A stretch of 64,000 nt of DNA from Tubiluchus corallicola. Its lineage: Eukaryota; Animalia; Priapulida. Positions 14,885-28,764 of this stretch are shown here, one piece after another; within the stretch, counting starts at the first letter, position 1; each line of letters begins with the position of its first letter. The DNA lies in the NCBI GenBank assembly GCA_030141605.1, contig JAQGDQ010000447.1, positions 1 to 64,000 on the forward strand, given 5' to 3'. A program made the translations under genes and the position numbers. The notes under the pieces are model-generated. The model saw nothing but the letters and a program-made list of their open reading frames with translations, did no database searches and was not told the origin of the DNA.

Positions 14885-15170
14885 TTGTGACAAAAAATCC
14901 TTTTCAAATTTTGACTAAATTTTGTGACAAAATAATTTTCAAATCTTGCTGACATCTAGAGACAAAAAATCGTATTTAGATTTGGTGAAATCTTGAGACT
15001 AAAAATCTTTTTTTAGATTTTGATAAAATCTCAAGACAAAAAATCGTTTTTAGGTTTGATGAAATCTTGAGACAAAAAATCGTATTTAGATTTGGTGAAA
15101 TATTGAGACAAAAAATCATTTTTAGATTTGAGACAAAAAATCGTTTTTAAATTTGATGAAATCTTGATAC
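14885..15170. repeat. Degenerate ~36-40-bp tandem repeat
   Basis: GACAAAAAATCGTATTTAGATTTGGTGAAATCTTGA-like units. Confidence 0.8.
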
Positions 15171-15474
15171 CCTTAGCAAACATGGTTTTTATCCAGGTAA
15201 AACTGCTCCTGTAAAAAAATTTTCCCGGTAAGTATACAAGCATCCAGAAGAGCGTTATTAGGAAAGCTATTAAATGTAGCGGAAACCACAATACAAACAC
15301 ATTAAATTCTATGCACACATCCGCTTAACATTGTGAATCCTGCAAGGATTACGTGCTGAACTGTTGTTCTTACCCTGACAAAACAAACAAAACTTCTATG
15401 AATGATGTGAAAAAAAACGCGATGCACTAAACAGCTGATTTGAGAGCTAAAGAGAAGGCGGAGCCTTCTGACAA

Positions 15475-16155
15475 GTTAGGCTTATTTCAATGTTCGCGAA
15501 AAATGTTAGAAGGATTTAGTAATAAAACTGTAATAACCGCCTCGTGTAATTAGTAAAATCACCTTAAAAAGTCGCGATTACTTCGTGCTTGAACGCTCCG
15601 ATTTTGAACGCCTGTTCTTCCACCAATGACGTCATTCGTCCCGAAGCACTGTCAGTCGTCGTCAAAAGAAACTTGGGCTTAGAAAAATATAACAAAGAAA
15701 CTTGAAAAAACTGCCTTTGAAGCATAAATTTAAAATACACTACTCAGAATAGAAATTTTCTGGCGCAGTGGTTGCCGCCATTCACTTAAAAATCATGACG
15801 TAACTGGGAGACATCGTGACTTTTCGTAAGCGCGTCGTGGCTTTCCGTAAGAGCGAGCTGCTTAAACTAATTCAAACTTTTTGCAGCTTACCTAATGTTC
15901 GTGCAAAATATCACAAAATTAGCTATCTAATTTTTTTGTAAAACATACTATACTTTTGATGAAAGATTGACAGTGCGTTGCTTTTCTTCAAGACGAATGA
16001 CGTCATTGGAAGACGAATGCTCATTGAAAATGGGAGCGTCCACGCATGAAGTGATCGCGACTTTAAAGTGATTTTACTAGTTACACGAGGCGCTCATTGC
16101 AGTTTTATTATTAAGTCCTTCTAACATTTTTCGCTGACATTGAAATAAGTCTGAC
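15475..16155. mobile_element. Long-TIR non-autonomous DNA element
   Basis: CTTATTTCAATGTTCGCGAAAAATGTTAGAAGGA... is mirrored by ...TCCTTCTAACATTTTTCGCTGACATTGAAATAAG; related partial copy at ~50130-50600. Confidence 0.8.
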
Positions 16156-16596
16156 CGCCTAGAATGCTTGATCTTTCCTTTAAGTGATTCTGTTTGAAAG
16201 GTTTATCTTCTGAATTTTTTGTCTATGTTCTGCTGTCATTTTACATTTCGTGATACATTACTTTCACTATATCGTAGAAAGTCAACAATACTTACTATCA
16301 AACTTTCTATAGAAGAATCTATTGCTAATAATAGCATTTGCTCAACTCTTCTCAAGCGCCATTTGCCATTTACCGCTATCTGAGCTTTTAATCTAGCACA
16401 AATATTTGAACCATTTTTCTAAATTTGAATAAGCTATCCTCTGGAATGCAGAAGTACATGTACTTAGCAGACTGATAGTGTATGGTATCTTAAAGTAGCG
16501 CTTATCGGGCGGACTTATTTCAAACAATTCCGCAAGAACACGTTGTGTTTTATTAGTTTATAAACTATGCCAGCTGCATCACTGTGTTATAGTTTA

Positions 16597-17147
16597 CCTT
16601 ACCTTAGACCTTAGTCCTTCCTGCGCATTGATGCACATTGGGCAAACAGCATTTTCCACTGAGTTCTATGGGCGGCTTCGTTCTCTACGTTTTCCCAACA
16701 TCTGTTGACAGCTCGAAGGTCTTCTTTGAAGGATCTGCGCCACGTTGTTTTTGGCCGACCTCTTTTTCGTTTCCCACCAGGTGGTTCCCACTGTACTGCT
16801 GTTTTGGCGTAGCGACTTTCTGATAGACGGAGAATATGTCCAGCCAGTTTCATTCTTCTCTTTGTAACTATATCTTGTAACCGCAATGACTGCGCTCGTT
16901 GAAGAACTTCTACATTGGTGACATGGTCGCGGTAGGAGATTTTTAGTATCTTTCGAAGGCATTTTTGGTGGAAGACGTTCAGTTTCTTTGATAACTCCGC
17001 TGTGACTTTCCAGGTTTCGCTGGCATAGAGAGCCGTTGGCAGCACAATGGCGTTGTACAGACGAAGTTTGATTTTCATGTCAATTTTCTTGCTTGTCCAG
17101 ATTTTTCCCATCTTCCTAAATACTGCTGTTGCAATATTTTAGCAATA
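16597..17147 (-). mobile_element. 5'-truncated RTE-clade LINE 3' end
   Basis: ORF 16611-17111 with KLRLYNAIVLPTALYASETW, GHILR and GKRKRGRPKTTW motifs; short repeat tail; possible TSD TATAGTTTA. Confidence 0.92.
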
Positions 17148-17454
17148 TATAGTTTAACAATATTAAAATCCAGATGCAAGTACTTGTTTAAAAGATTTAG
17201 GTGTATCCTTTGCCTCCACGGAACATTGAACTGCTTTTTCTGTGTTTTGCTGTTTGTTGCTATATTATAAGTTAACTTGTATAATAGTGTAGGCTTTTTG
17301 GCACATTTTGTGGAGGTCTATTATTGGTCATAAGCTGCTTAATCTTTTTTTATACAGTTTGTAAAGTATATTGTCATATCAGTCCTAATACCCTCATACT
17401 AAATTATGTTGTTGTTATGTGTCCTGTATTTAGTGTGAAAGGTGATAAATAAAT

Positions 17455-17472
17455 GACTTACTTACTTACTTA

Positions 17473-17545
<73 letters not shown>

Positions 17546-17641
17546 CTACCTACCTACCTACCTACCTACCTACCTACCTACCTACCTACCTACCTACCTA
17601 CCTACCTACCTACCTACCTACCTACCTACCTACTTACTTAC
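17455..17641. repeat. (TACT)n/(TACC)n microsatellite
   Basis: Seen directly. Confidence 0.97.
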
Positions 17642-18446
17642 TGCTAGAACGTATGTGAATAAATGACGTTAATATCTTATTTACTAAACCTGAAAATGTT
17701 GTAACGTTTAAACGTTACAGTTAGGCTATGCAGTGTTGCCCTACAATCTCAACTGTCACACTCTGTCTGCTAAATGCATTACGCCAACAAGATTAATTTA
17801 ATCTAATCTAATCTAATTTAATTTAATTTAATATAATTTAATCTAATTTAGTCTAATTTAGACACGTTTAAAGTTTTGGGAATACAGCCATCGTACAAAT
17901 CAAAAATGTTAAAGAAAAACCGGATCCAATCTTAAATTATAGTTCATATAAAATATATACTCAATTCAATTTCAATTTATTTATATCTTTGTAGTGTTAC
18001 AATAAAACATGATTAATAAAAGAATCTCTAATAAGTTTTGAAAAATGGTTAAAATGTATAGATAGATCTAGAACTAGAGAAAGGATAGCGAAAAGACTAT
18101 AAAGTCACCTAGTCTGCTATCCTTGAATACTAATAATATATACCTTATGAAAGACAGGTGCTGTGTCTCTCTGTTCAAAGGTGTTCAGTTGTGACGTAAC
18201 CCACACGTTCGAAAGCTCATGCGTTGGCACTTGAAATTTCGATTTTAAACTTAAAATTCACCGAGTTTTTTCTATCACAGAAAATGTTGTACAGTAGCGC
18301 TGTACTTCAATTTTCGCTTTCGCAAGCACGTGCAACATGCTCATGGAATGTTTGTGCTGTTGAAAATACGTTCATTTGTGATGTCATCATTAGTTTAGCT
18401 CATCTGCATTTAATTAAGTTTTTAGCGTATTAATTAATTATGAGTA

Positions 18447-18782
18447 ACACCTTGGTATTATTATAGGTGTTACAGTGTATACTTCTACTGTATTTCAAAA
18501 TGGGGTAGGAAATGAAACTCGTGTTGTTTTCCTTTAATTAAACTAATTTTAGCTGAGCAGGTACATGTTAATGTACGAATGATGAATGCACGGTGCACAG
18601 TAAGGGAAAGGTGACACCTTGGCATTATTATAGGTGTTACAGTGTACACTTTTACTGTTCCTCAAAATGGGGTAGGATATGAAACTTGTGTTGTTTTCCT
18701 TTAATTAAACTAATTTTAGCTGAGCAGGTACATGTTAATGTACGAATGATGAACGCACGGTGCACAGTAAGGGAAAGGTGAC
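18447..18782. repeat. Two-copy ~167-bp tandem duplication
   Basis: ACACCTTGGyATTATTATAGGTGTTACAGTG at ~18447 and ~18614. Confidence 0.9.
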
Positions 18783-21038
18783 TTAACAAACAACTGGCTT
18801 TTTTGTATAAGTTCTTATGATTGAGCATAATTAGTTTTTAGTGTCTTAATCAAGTTCAGAGTTCCTTTTAAGACCAACATTGTAACTAAACAAAGCAATG
18901 CATTGTATGCACTATGAGCTGCATTGTATGCTCTGTGAAGTATCTAGCGTTTGAAGTGTTCACGTTAATTATAACAGTGGTAATGACACCAGGAAACAGG
19001 CGTATCTCTTGTCAAAATCAATGCTTTCTGTTTTATTAATGTTCGGCTACAGGAGTGCAGAGGCAAATTCTGGACGGAAGAGAGTGTTTTTGATGACGTT
19101 TCCGGTGTAATGAGCTTTTAAATAAACAAGTTGATCGTAATGCAATTCAATAAATTTTATTGTGTAATTGTTATATTGTGTAGTATATACGCGCTCGACA
19201 ATTAACATTATAAAATAATGACGGGCACAATAAGTCTTTTCACAGTTCCAGCTGTGATTGATGATGATCGTGAAAAGGTCAAAGGTTAAGTGTACCAGAC
19301 AACGCATTTTTGTACACTTGACAACACCTCGCAGCCCAAGCTGTTGTAATAGGCGCACTAAACGTTTTAACAGTTAGCTAGAAGCTAAGTGGACTTCTTG
19401 CATTGATATTATATTATTAGTGCAATTGTTATTGGTTGTCAATAGATGATTGCCGTCCGCCCCCCCCCCCGCCCCAAACTAGAGCAACTTAGAAATTTTT
19501 TACGGCAGATTCCTTATGCCCCCTCTTCCTTGTGAAACTTCTACCCGTACGCCTATGGGTGAATAGATTTATTTCAAAGAACAAATTACTTATATTACTG
19601 ACTGGCCTTGCCGTGACAATGTTTGACACAACTCACACTAGAGGGCGGAAACGCATCCTTTTAAAAATTTAGACACCTACAATTATTAACATCTATTCAG
19701 TGCAAGTATTAGGTCGTCAGTAATGCGATGGTCTTGAATCGAGAGAGTTAAAAGACTCGTTACACAGTTCACTAACCGAGAATAAAGAGGAAGAACTAGG
19801 CGTCAGATTGTTTTAAATTGATATCTCAGTGAAAGAGGTGATCGAGTTGGAAGGGTGTAGAGGAGAAGACGATTTGGGGCACGTGCAAAAAGCGTTGAAA
19901 AAGCGTCGTACCCATCATGCGAATCTAATATCTAACCATTGCACGGGTGCACAAACGACCCCGCTTTTACACTCCAGGTTTAAAGTACCTACGGTTCCCC
20001 AAACACTTTTAAGACTAATGTTTGTTAAAGAAGAGATATGTGTTTGTTTAGCTGAGATTTTGTAAAGTAGGCGCCTATCAGTGAACGTGAGTGAAGTAAG
20101 CCGACGTTGAAGTTCCTCAAAAAGTTGAAAACGCGGACACCATTTTAAATTGAGTAACAATGCAAGAAGTTGTACAGTATGAAGCTTTGCCAACTTTCTG
20201 AGATATTAACTAGCCTATAACATTTGATTTGGTAATTTAAATTTAGCCTAGCTTACCCCAGACATCGTTTATAGTCAGTTCATTCTGCACTCGTGCTAGA
20301 TTCTCTGCAGTTGAAATAAGACAGATTCTTTCTTGAGAATGTGGAAAGACAATTCATGCTCTGCGCCAAGTGTGTGTTCTGTATTTTTATTGAAAAAAAG
20401 GGCACAAGTGTTGTGGCATGCACTGTTCCTTTACGACTCGCTGGAACTCAGAAGAAATGTTTTTGAATTGTCTTTTTCTAATATGCGATTTTTCTACCAC
20501 TGTCACAACTTCACGCCATCTTGATAATGCTCAAAATGGCGGAATAAGTAATTTTTTTACATAGCACTTTAATTAAGTTGATATAATTGTAAAATGGTAA
20601 AAATTCAGGACTACTTCTTATGCTTCTAGGTAATATATACGTTACTATCTTCTAATTATTATACATAGTATTACTGTACACGATAGAAGCACTGTAGAAG
20701 CAGTCAGTGTACAGAAATTGCAACATCGGATGACAGCAGAGCTTTGCACACCTTTTCTGCTGTCAAAATTCTTTAATATAAACATTTACAACAATGCGTC
20801 CACCCTTGTAATGAAAGGATTTTAATCTCTCGCGGCAGACGTTTCGTCATGAAATGTGTTACAGTGTCATCAATGCAAATTTCATCATAACTTTGGATTT
20901 TCTAGGTTATGTAACAAAGAACAATAGTCTGCAGCAACTACTGGAACGTGCTGTGTTTATTTAACAATTAATGTTTTATTGTACTATTACTGATTTTATT
21001 TGACTGGTAAAACATTGCATTTTCCTTTAAACAATTAA

Positions 21039-21483
21039 CCCTTTCATACCCGTTGTATCCCGTGGGATACGAGAATATTTTCTGCCTTTAAAATTAAAAA
21101 AATTTTAAAACTGACATTTATTTGATCTGTTAGTAGTTATTTTGATTCAAGCCAATAACAATAGACTAAAAATAGTGATAAAATGGCAAACTAGAAAATC
21201 TACATGCGCAAGGTATAGTACTTTAGAGATGACTTTGTACAGATCAGCATAGCATGCCTACTAAATGTCTTAAATACTTTAAAAAATTATCAGCAGTTGC
21301 AAAATGAAGCACATTTTATGCTTCCACTGAATCCCAATGTATCCCGTGGGATACAGGCTATATTTAGCACGCGGGCACAGGTAGAAAAAAATAATTAGTA
21401 TGTGTAAACAAGATGGACGTACTGAACAAAAGTACCAAGCCAAAATTTTTTCTTATTAAAAAAGTAATTTGGGACTGAAAGGG
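21039..21483 (+). mobile_element. piggyBac-like MITE, copy 1
   Basis: TTAA|CCCTTTCA ... TGAAAGGG|TTAA. Confidence 0.9.
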
Positions 21484-22018
21484 TTAAAGAGTAGATTGTT
21501 TTAACCTACAGTTTACGATTGGGTTTTGCTTTAAGGCACCATAGGATACGTAAACCTTTCAAGAAGGTTTTAGCAGACTGGAATGTCAGTTCTTACAATA
21601 TCTTTGTCACTTTACAACAATGGATAATTTAACCTTAAATACATTAAAGGGCAGCTATCTTCATGATAACGTCTTTCAAACTTTACAAACCACGAAACGG
21701 CTTTCATCTTCAAACTTGAATCTGATTACTTTAAAGTGGTGAGATTTTTATCTAGTTGAACGCTTTGTGAAATTTAAAGTTTCGAATCGTAGATGCAATC
21801 CTGAGTGGAAGAGGCTCGATGATGAATATGGGTTCTTTATTTCCGGTCTGATATCCGCCGCAATCATAGGTCTGGACAATCATATTTCTGTTCAACCTGA
21901 TTGTAAAATCACTGATTGAGTAATGAAGTGTTTATTTGCTAATTTGCCGTAATCATTAACTGTAAATAAGTTTCAAAATCATATTTAAAATATATTACAC
22001 GGTAGATCATGATTATAA

Positions 22019-22476
22019 CCCTTTCATACCCGTTGTATCCCGTGGAATACGAGAATATTTTCTGCCTTTAAAATTAATAAAATTTTAAGACTGACAGTTA
22101 TTTGATCTGTTAATAGTTATTTTGATTTAATCCAATAACAATAGACTAAAAATGGTGATAAAATGGCAAACTAGAAAATCTACATAGCATAAAAAACTGC
22201 TCAAGGTACAGTACTTTAGAGACGACTTTGTACAGATCAGCATAGCATGCATACTAAATGTCTTAAATACTTTAAAAAATTATCAGCAGTTGCAAAATGA
22301 AGCACATTTTGTGCTTCCATTAAATCCCAATGTGTCCCGTGGGATACAGGCTATATTTAGTACACGGGCACAGGTAGAAAAAAATAATTATCATGTGTAA
22401 ACAAGATGGACATACTAAACAAAAGTACCAAATCAAAAAAATTTTCTTATTAAAAAATAATTTGGGACTGAAAGGG
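22019..22476 (+). mobile_element. piggyBac-like MITE, copy 2
   Basis: Near-identical to 21039-21483; ATAA/TTAA flanks. Confidence 0.9.
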
Positions 22477-22799
22477 TTAACAGCTTGTGTCTGTCTTAGT
22501 TTGCTGATTAACTAACTAAATGGACTTGAATTTTAATCTTTTTTTGTTAAATCATTGAATGTCGTTATTTTCGGGAAATCATGTGTGATACACGAAGCGA
22601 TAGAGATATCAGAAAATCACTGAGTTTGAGATGTTACATAGATTTGCATACATTTAAGCAGAGTATACCATATTCCCAGTTCTTGTATTACTGTGTTTTA
22701 TTTTAATGATTTAGCAACGGATTTTATGGTCGTAGCATATTATCAATTCTGAAGTTTTATCTGTGTTAGAATGTAAATAAATAAGTTCTGTGCTTCTTT

Positions 22800-23150
22800 A
22801 ACATCTGAGATGTGCAATTAAGGTCCCATGTAGTGTCCTCTTGTACTTCGAACAATCAGGATGTGGAACAAGCTTCCTGGCATAGCAGTAAATGCTAGTT
22901 CCGTCGAGACGTTCTGGCGGGTGACTCTTGAAGCCATCAGAGTCATGGAGACGCCTTTTCGTATGGGAAATTGTAAAAAAATACACGTCTTTAAATGCCT
23001 CATTAATAAACCACGCCTGACACTTTGTTCCTTTATGATATCGAGTAGACATTGTTGGTTGATGCACTGGGCACATTGACGTCACACATGAGTCCATGTT
23101 TTTTTAGGTTTTGGAATTAACAATGAAGATTCAATCAATCAATCAATCAA
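22800..23150 (+). mobile_element. CR1/L2-like LINE 3' remnant
   Basis: RTIRMWNKLPGIAVNASSVETF resembles the CR1/L2 ORF2 C-terminal WNxLP motif; ends at (TCAA)n. Confidence 0.65.
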
Positions 23151-24855
23151 TTTATTTCACTCCAGCAATACATATACAATACATCAACATACAATATTAT
23201 TGAAATAAAAGGAAACAGTATAGGTAAAAAAACGTTGGCGAAGTAAAAATAACCAAATAAAAGAGTTGCTGTATGGCACCTTGAAAGCTTGGCTTGTTAA
23301 AGTGGCACAAATGGGTGAATGAAAGAATGGTTAGGGTTAGTAGACATGATGGAATGGAAAAAATAATAAGATTAGGGAAAGGAAGAAGGAAAAGAGGAGA
23401 AGAAACGACCACACTAAAGATTGAAGTAGTTGGCACAAATGTTGTGCGTAAAAATCCTAAAAAGTAAAAACGGGGAAGTTTGTAGATAGTAAGAAATATT
23501 TCAAACACAGGTGGTTTTTTTATAGCCTATTGGTCGTAAAAGTAAATTAGGTATGTTTGTCTCCAAATTTTTTCACGTCACGTCTGGTCCTTACTACAAC
23601 CACTGTATTTTTTATTTGTTGATAATTCTTGAAATAGGGTTACCACGTCTCATTAGTCTCAATTTAACGAATACCATTTTGGCTTAGCTAGGAAACCACA
23701 ACATGTATTGATTTGTTATACGTTCATGCGCTTCAGCTTAACACTAGTAGGTGTAGGCACGTAGATCTGCCCATTGTAGTGCCAGACTACTGCCTTACTG
23801 TTGTCAGGTGTGTGAACTAGCCTTTACTGTACTTCGGCGTTGTTGCAGCGCCGCAGGTTGTGTGAGACGTCTCGAACAAGACTTAATCATAAGTTTCCTC
23901 ACGAGTCGGCTCGAAGAATCAGAGCAGAACGTTGAGATGGTCGTCCCTAGGTACGTGTCCACTAAGATGACAAATCAACAGCGCGAGTAAAAAATGATCT
24001 GAACGAGTTTTGCAAGCCTCGGGCGCGGATGTGTTAGCAATAAAACCGCAAACTAATCATTCCACCTAAAACACGACATACATCAATCTGGACGCATAGA
24101 CGTTTGGGCCTCTATTGGTCAATACTTGTAAACCGCAAAATTACACAGTTGGCAAGTTATTCGTTGCTTGGGTATACTGTACCCATGTAGAGATACTGAC
24201 TGCATGTAGTAGGGTAATTATACCTAAATAGGAGGGCCAGCAAACTGTTTTGTGGATGGAGCTTTATTGAAAGCGAAATTAGTCAATAGGTTGACAATCA
24301 GTCACATTGCAATGGGTCACATTTCCAGCACACCGAAGACCGAAGACTGCCGTAGCTAATCTCGTGGAATCCCTTCGGTGCCCAAGGAAATTATGGCCCC
24401 CGGCAAAGTGAAGGAAAACGAATTTTATCCGCTGCCGTTACCTGTGCTTGCAGATCATTTGGAACCATGTCAAGAACTGTTACGCGCTTCTGGTAGGAGT
24501 TTCGTGAACTAAATGTAATCATGTTTTCGAAAATGTCAGACAGCTTATAGAGGGCAAAACGGCAAAAACTGTGTTACACTTATTACTGTGTTACTGCTGT
24601 CTGTTTGTTATTCGAACAGTCATTCAGTCTGTCTGTTTATCAATCTATCTATCTGTAGGAAATAAACCATAATGAAATTGGCTGGTACTCCACACTAATA
24701 ATCATTTTACGTTTTATTACGTTTCATTGACCAAGATATATATTTGTGTATATATATATATATACCATATCTACTCATAATGCCCAATAATAACACGCAA
24801 TAATGTCTACTCATTTATTTTACAGGTCACCACTTTTAGTGGGACAGAGATTGAG

Positions 24856-27039
24856 ATGGAATCAAGCGGGTTGTCAGTGGCAAAACAGATAGACAAGCAA
24901 TTCCTCAATTGTGGAATCTGTTTAGAGAGGTATCATACACCCAAAGTGCTACCATGTTTGCACACTTTCTGTGAACAGTGTCTCAGCGAGTACATACCAT
25001 CTCAGAGTCTTACCCTCACTTGCCCCATCTGCAGACAACAAAGCATACTACCAGAGCGAGGCGTTGCAGCATTGCAAAACAATTTCTTCATCTCAAACCT
25101 AATGGAAGTCCTCAAGGAGCCCTCTCTATGTACGACATGTCATCGTAACGCAACCGCCACGTCAAAGTGCACGGATTGCGGCGACCTCTTGTGCAACGAA
25201 TGTACGGAATCACATCGCGATGTGAGAATCACACAAACTCATCACGTGGTCAGCTTGAGTGAACTGGCCATGAGTGAAGCATCTGGTGATTCCAGTTCTG
25301 ACATGGAACTTATGTGTCCAAGTCATGACCATCAGCAGTTAAAATTTTACTGTGAAACATGTGAGACAGCTATCTGTAATGACTGCACTGAAAGTGAGCA
25401 TATAGAACACAGTATTACCGTACTCACAGATGCTATTCAAGAACATAAATCATCACTTAGGACTCTGTTGGACAAAGTTAACTCTCAGGTTCCATGTCTA
25501 AAAGAAGGCATTTCTGTAGTGAACGATGTGGCTAAGTCTTTGTCAGAAAAGTGTTCAGATGCTGAGACCCTTGTTCGAGAAACATTTGACTGTTTAAATC
25601 GTGTCGTCGAAGAACGAAAGGAGAAATTGCTGGAAGAGTTAGAATGCCTTCATTATTCCAAGCAGGAAGTGCTGAGTAGCCAAAAAGAAACTCTAGAGAA
25701 CTACCTAAGCAGCATAGAAAGTTGTGTGGACTTTACCGAAAATGCGCTCCAGCATGCTAACGAAACCGAAATACTTTTAGTGAAAAAGCAGATGTCGGAG
25801 AAACTTCTTGAAATCTCCGAGATGAACATGACTGTGCAACCCGAAGAAAACGATTACCTGGTTTACAGCAGTGATGATAAAGAGACAATAGAGAAGTTAT
25901 TGTCGAATTTGGGCACTGTGCGCAGCAGTAGCGCAGTACCACATGAAACAATAGCCAGTGGTGAAGGACTTAAACAGTGCATTGTTGGTAAAGAAGCTCT
26001 AGTCAGCATCACGACAAAGGATCGTAACGGTGAGATCATCAAAACAGGTTACTCAGACATCACGGCTGAGATTGTGTCTGAAAGTGGCAAATCTGTGATA
26101 CCAGACATCTCTGATAACAAAAATGGCAATTATGATTTAAGTTACATAGTGAAGGATGAAGGGAGGCACCATATGTCAATTAGACTTTATGGCCAGCACA
26201 TAAAGGGAAGTCCTTTCAAGGTGCGAGCCAAGTCTGAGGATGGCAGCAGTGGTGGCCGCCCATCAAGCTCCAAGATTCCCCGAACAGCGATAAGGCAAAA
26301 AGCCACCAAAAGGCCACCTAGTGCACGGTCGGGCGGGTCTAACCGAAAAAGTAATCCAATAGAAGACGACCTCTTGAGAAAATCTGGTCAGAAAGGACGA
26401 AGCAGAGGCGAGTTTACCAACCCGCAAGGTGTATGTTGCACGAGCAACAACCGCATTGTTGTCACAGACAGCAACAACCAGAATGTCCAGATTTTTACTA
26501 GTGAAGGCGACTACAAGTTTCGTTTTGGGATCCGCGGTCGCACACCCGGCCAACTGCAACGTCCAACAGGAATAGCAGTAATGGCCAATGGAAACTTTGT
26601 GGTGGCAGATTATGAGAATAAGTGGATTAACATATTCACTCCAGAAGGCAAATTCCTGCATAAGCTTGGGTCTGGTAAACTACTTGGTCCAAAAGGTGTG
26701 GCTGTTGACAAAAATAATCACATCATTGTTGTTGACAACAAAGCTAGTTCTGTGTTTGTGTTCCAACCCAATGGCAAATTAATTCATAAATTTGGATCAA
26801 GAGGCAATGGTGACGGGCAGTTTGCCGGACCGCATTTTGTTGCCGTTAACACCTCTAATGACATCATTGTTTCCGATTTCCACAATCACGCTGTCAAAGT
26901 TTTCGATAGCGAGGGTCAGTTTCTGTTCAGCTTTGGTTCAAACGGTGAAGGAAATGGTCAGTTCAATGCACCTACTGGAGTCGCTGTAGACAAAAAGGGA
27001 AACATCCTAGTGGCTGACTGGGGAAACAGCAGAATACAG
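24856..27039 (+). CDS. TRIM2/3: TRIM2/TRIM3-like TRIM-NHL E3 ligase, large coding exon (RING, 2 B-boxes, coiled coil, filamin, NHL repeats)
   Basis: QIDKQFLNCGICLERYHTPKVLPCLHTFCEQCL...GVAALQNNFFI closely matches TRIM2/3; acceptor before 24826, donor CAG|GTAACC at 27040. Confidence 0.95.
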
Positions 27040-27612
27040 GTAACCTCCAATTAATCTAATGTAGAGCACAAGAACAAGTGATGCCTAATCATTATTAATT
27101 ACTTTTGATGTCTCCTACAGACCTCATTTAAGTGAATGTGTGGCTTTTTGGATGATAAAGTATTTTGACAGATTTTATTATCAAGAAAAAAATCATACTT
27201 TTAATTACTCATACTCAATAACAGTAATGCAAAATTTTTATTTCCATTTGCACTAAAAATTCTTCTGGTTTCGCCGAATTTTTGAAATGTCATTACAATT
27301 TTGTGGCGTGTTAGCAAAATCATTTATTTGCGTTAATTTGTGTAGTACCCTGTTGCATTGAAAATATTCATTTTCATGTTAGTGCTGCCATCTGTTGGTG
27401 TTGTTTGTCTGCTCGGGTGCCTACTGTTGGCTTTTGTTAATAAACTCGGTTGATTTGATGTCTAGTTAAATGGATTTGTTCTTTCAATTTATTTTTTGAT
27501 GTGCTACAGTCAAGTAAAAAAGCTGGGAGTTAAAAAAATTATTGTATTTAGATTTTGTATTGTAATTACCATTGGCCTTCACAAATGTCAAGGCAAATCG
27601 CCTTCTAGTCAT

Positions 27613-28021
27613 TAGGGGTGAGCATTTTCTACCAGAAAGCGAATTCGAATCGAACTGAATTTGTGACTTTCGAATTCGAATCGAACCAAACTTCAGTGTT
27701 TCGAATTCGAATTGAGATTGAAAGATTTTCGAACAAGTTTTCGAACCACCAGTAAAAATTAGTCTTACAAAGATCATGCATATCACTAGATTTTGTTCTA
27801 CAATAAAACGACTAGTAATTTCTTAAAAATTGTGCGCAGAAATCACAGCTAAATTATGCTAATTGCATGATGTTTCAATCGTTTTAGTGATAAAGAACAT
27901 ATGTGATTGTGTGAAAGTGCTGAATTATTCGAATCTATAGTTTTGGATTCGAACTAAAAAAACTCGTTCGAATAGAATTCGAGCGATCAAATTCGATTCG
28001 AACGTTCGATGCTCACCCCTA
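27613..28021 (+). mobile_element. hAT-like MITE family D (TTCGAA-rich) in the TRIM intron
   Basis: TIR TAGGGGTGAGCAT; TSD CTAGTCAT/CTGGTCAT; inverted copy at 61707. Confidence 0.9.
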
Positions 28022-28173
28022 CTGGTCATCTGAACCACTGGGCCATAAAATGGCTAATAATAAACTTTGATTTGTCTTCTGGATTTTATTTGGGCTGCGT
28101 TTATGACCAATTAAATAAAGTGGACACTACTAAAAACTTTACAGCTATTCTGATGTTATGTCACGTTTTACAG

Positions 28174-28326
28174 GTTTTCGACTGCCAAGGTTCTTTTCTC
28201 TCGTACATCAATACAGCTGGAGATCCTCTTTATGGCCCGCAAGGAATAACGGTAACTCACGATGGCCACGTACTGGTAGCGGATTCAGGCAATCACTGTT
28301 TTAAGATATACAAGTACTTACAGTAG
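28174..28326 (+). CDS. TRIM2/3: TRIM2/3-like last coding exon (final NHL repeat)
   Basis: TTTTACAG|GTT; [24 protein letters not shown]...[16 protein letters not shown] matches the TRIM2/3 C-terminus. Confidence 0.95.
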   Translation, partial: VFDCQGSFLSYINTAGDPLYGPQGITVTHDGHVLVADSGNHCFKIYKYLQ

Positions 28327-28380
28327 TAATTAATGCGAGTCGTTAATTACGCTTAGTTGCTGCACTAAGTAACTCTTTAA

Positions 28381-28764
28381 TAACCTTTTCACAGGTCCAG
28401 CGATTGATGATGATCGTGAAAAGGTCAAAGGTTAAGTGTACCAGACAATGCATTTGTTTACACTTGACAACGCCTCGCAGCCCATGCTATTGTAATAGTA
28501 ACAGTTTTAACATCTACCTAGAACCTTACCTAGTTCAATATTTTCTTATTCCTGAGCAAGATTCTGCTAGTAAATTACTCTATGCACAGACTAATGCTTA
28601 ATTAAGTAAAGTCTACATCATACAACTGAAGTTACTGAACTGATGGGGCTGACGGATTAAATACACATCACATGACATTTCTAGTTAAGATGTGTTGCTG
28701 TGGTACACTTAACCTTTGACCTACAGCAAATGCACGTGTGCACGACGAATTTGTGAAAGGCTTA
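28381..28764 (+). mobile_element. MITE (TAAGCCTTTTC termini, possibly PIF/Harbinger-like) in the presumed TRIM 3' UTR
   Basis: Terminal IR plus perfect 22-bp internal IR at 28422-28443 and 28701-28722; relatives at 11678, 19231, 56408. Confidence 0.8.

Noticed and set aside
23937-23950. ATGGTCGTCCCTAG|GTACGT as a coding first exon of TRIM
   Set aside because: Phase 2 is out of frame with the acceptor at 24826; at most a UTR exon.
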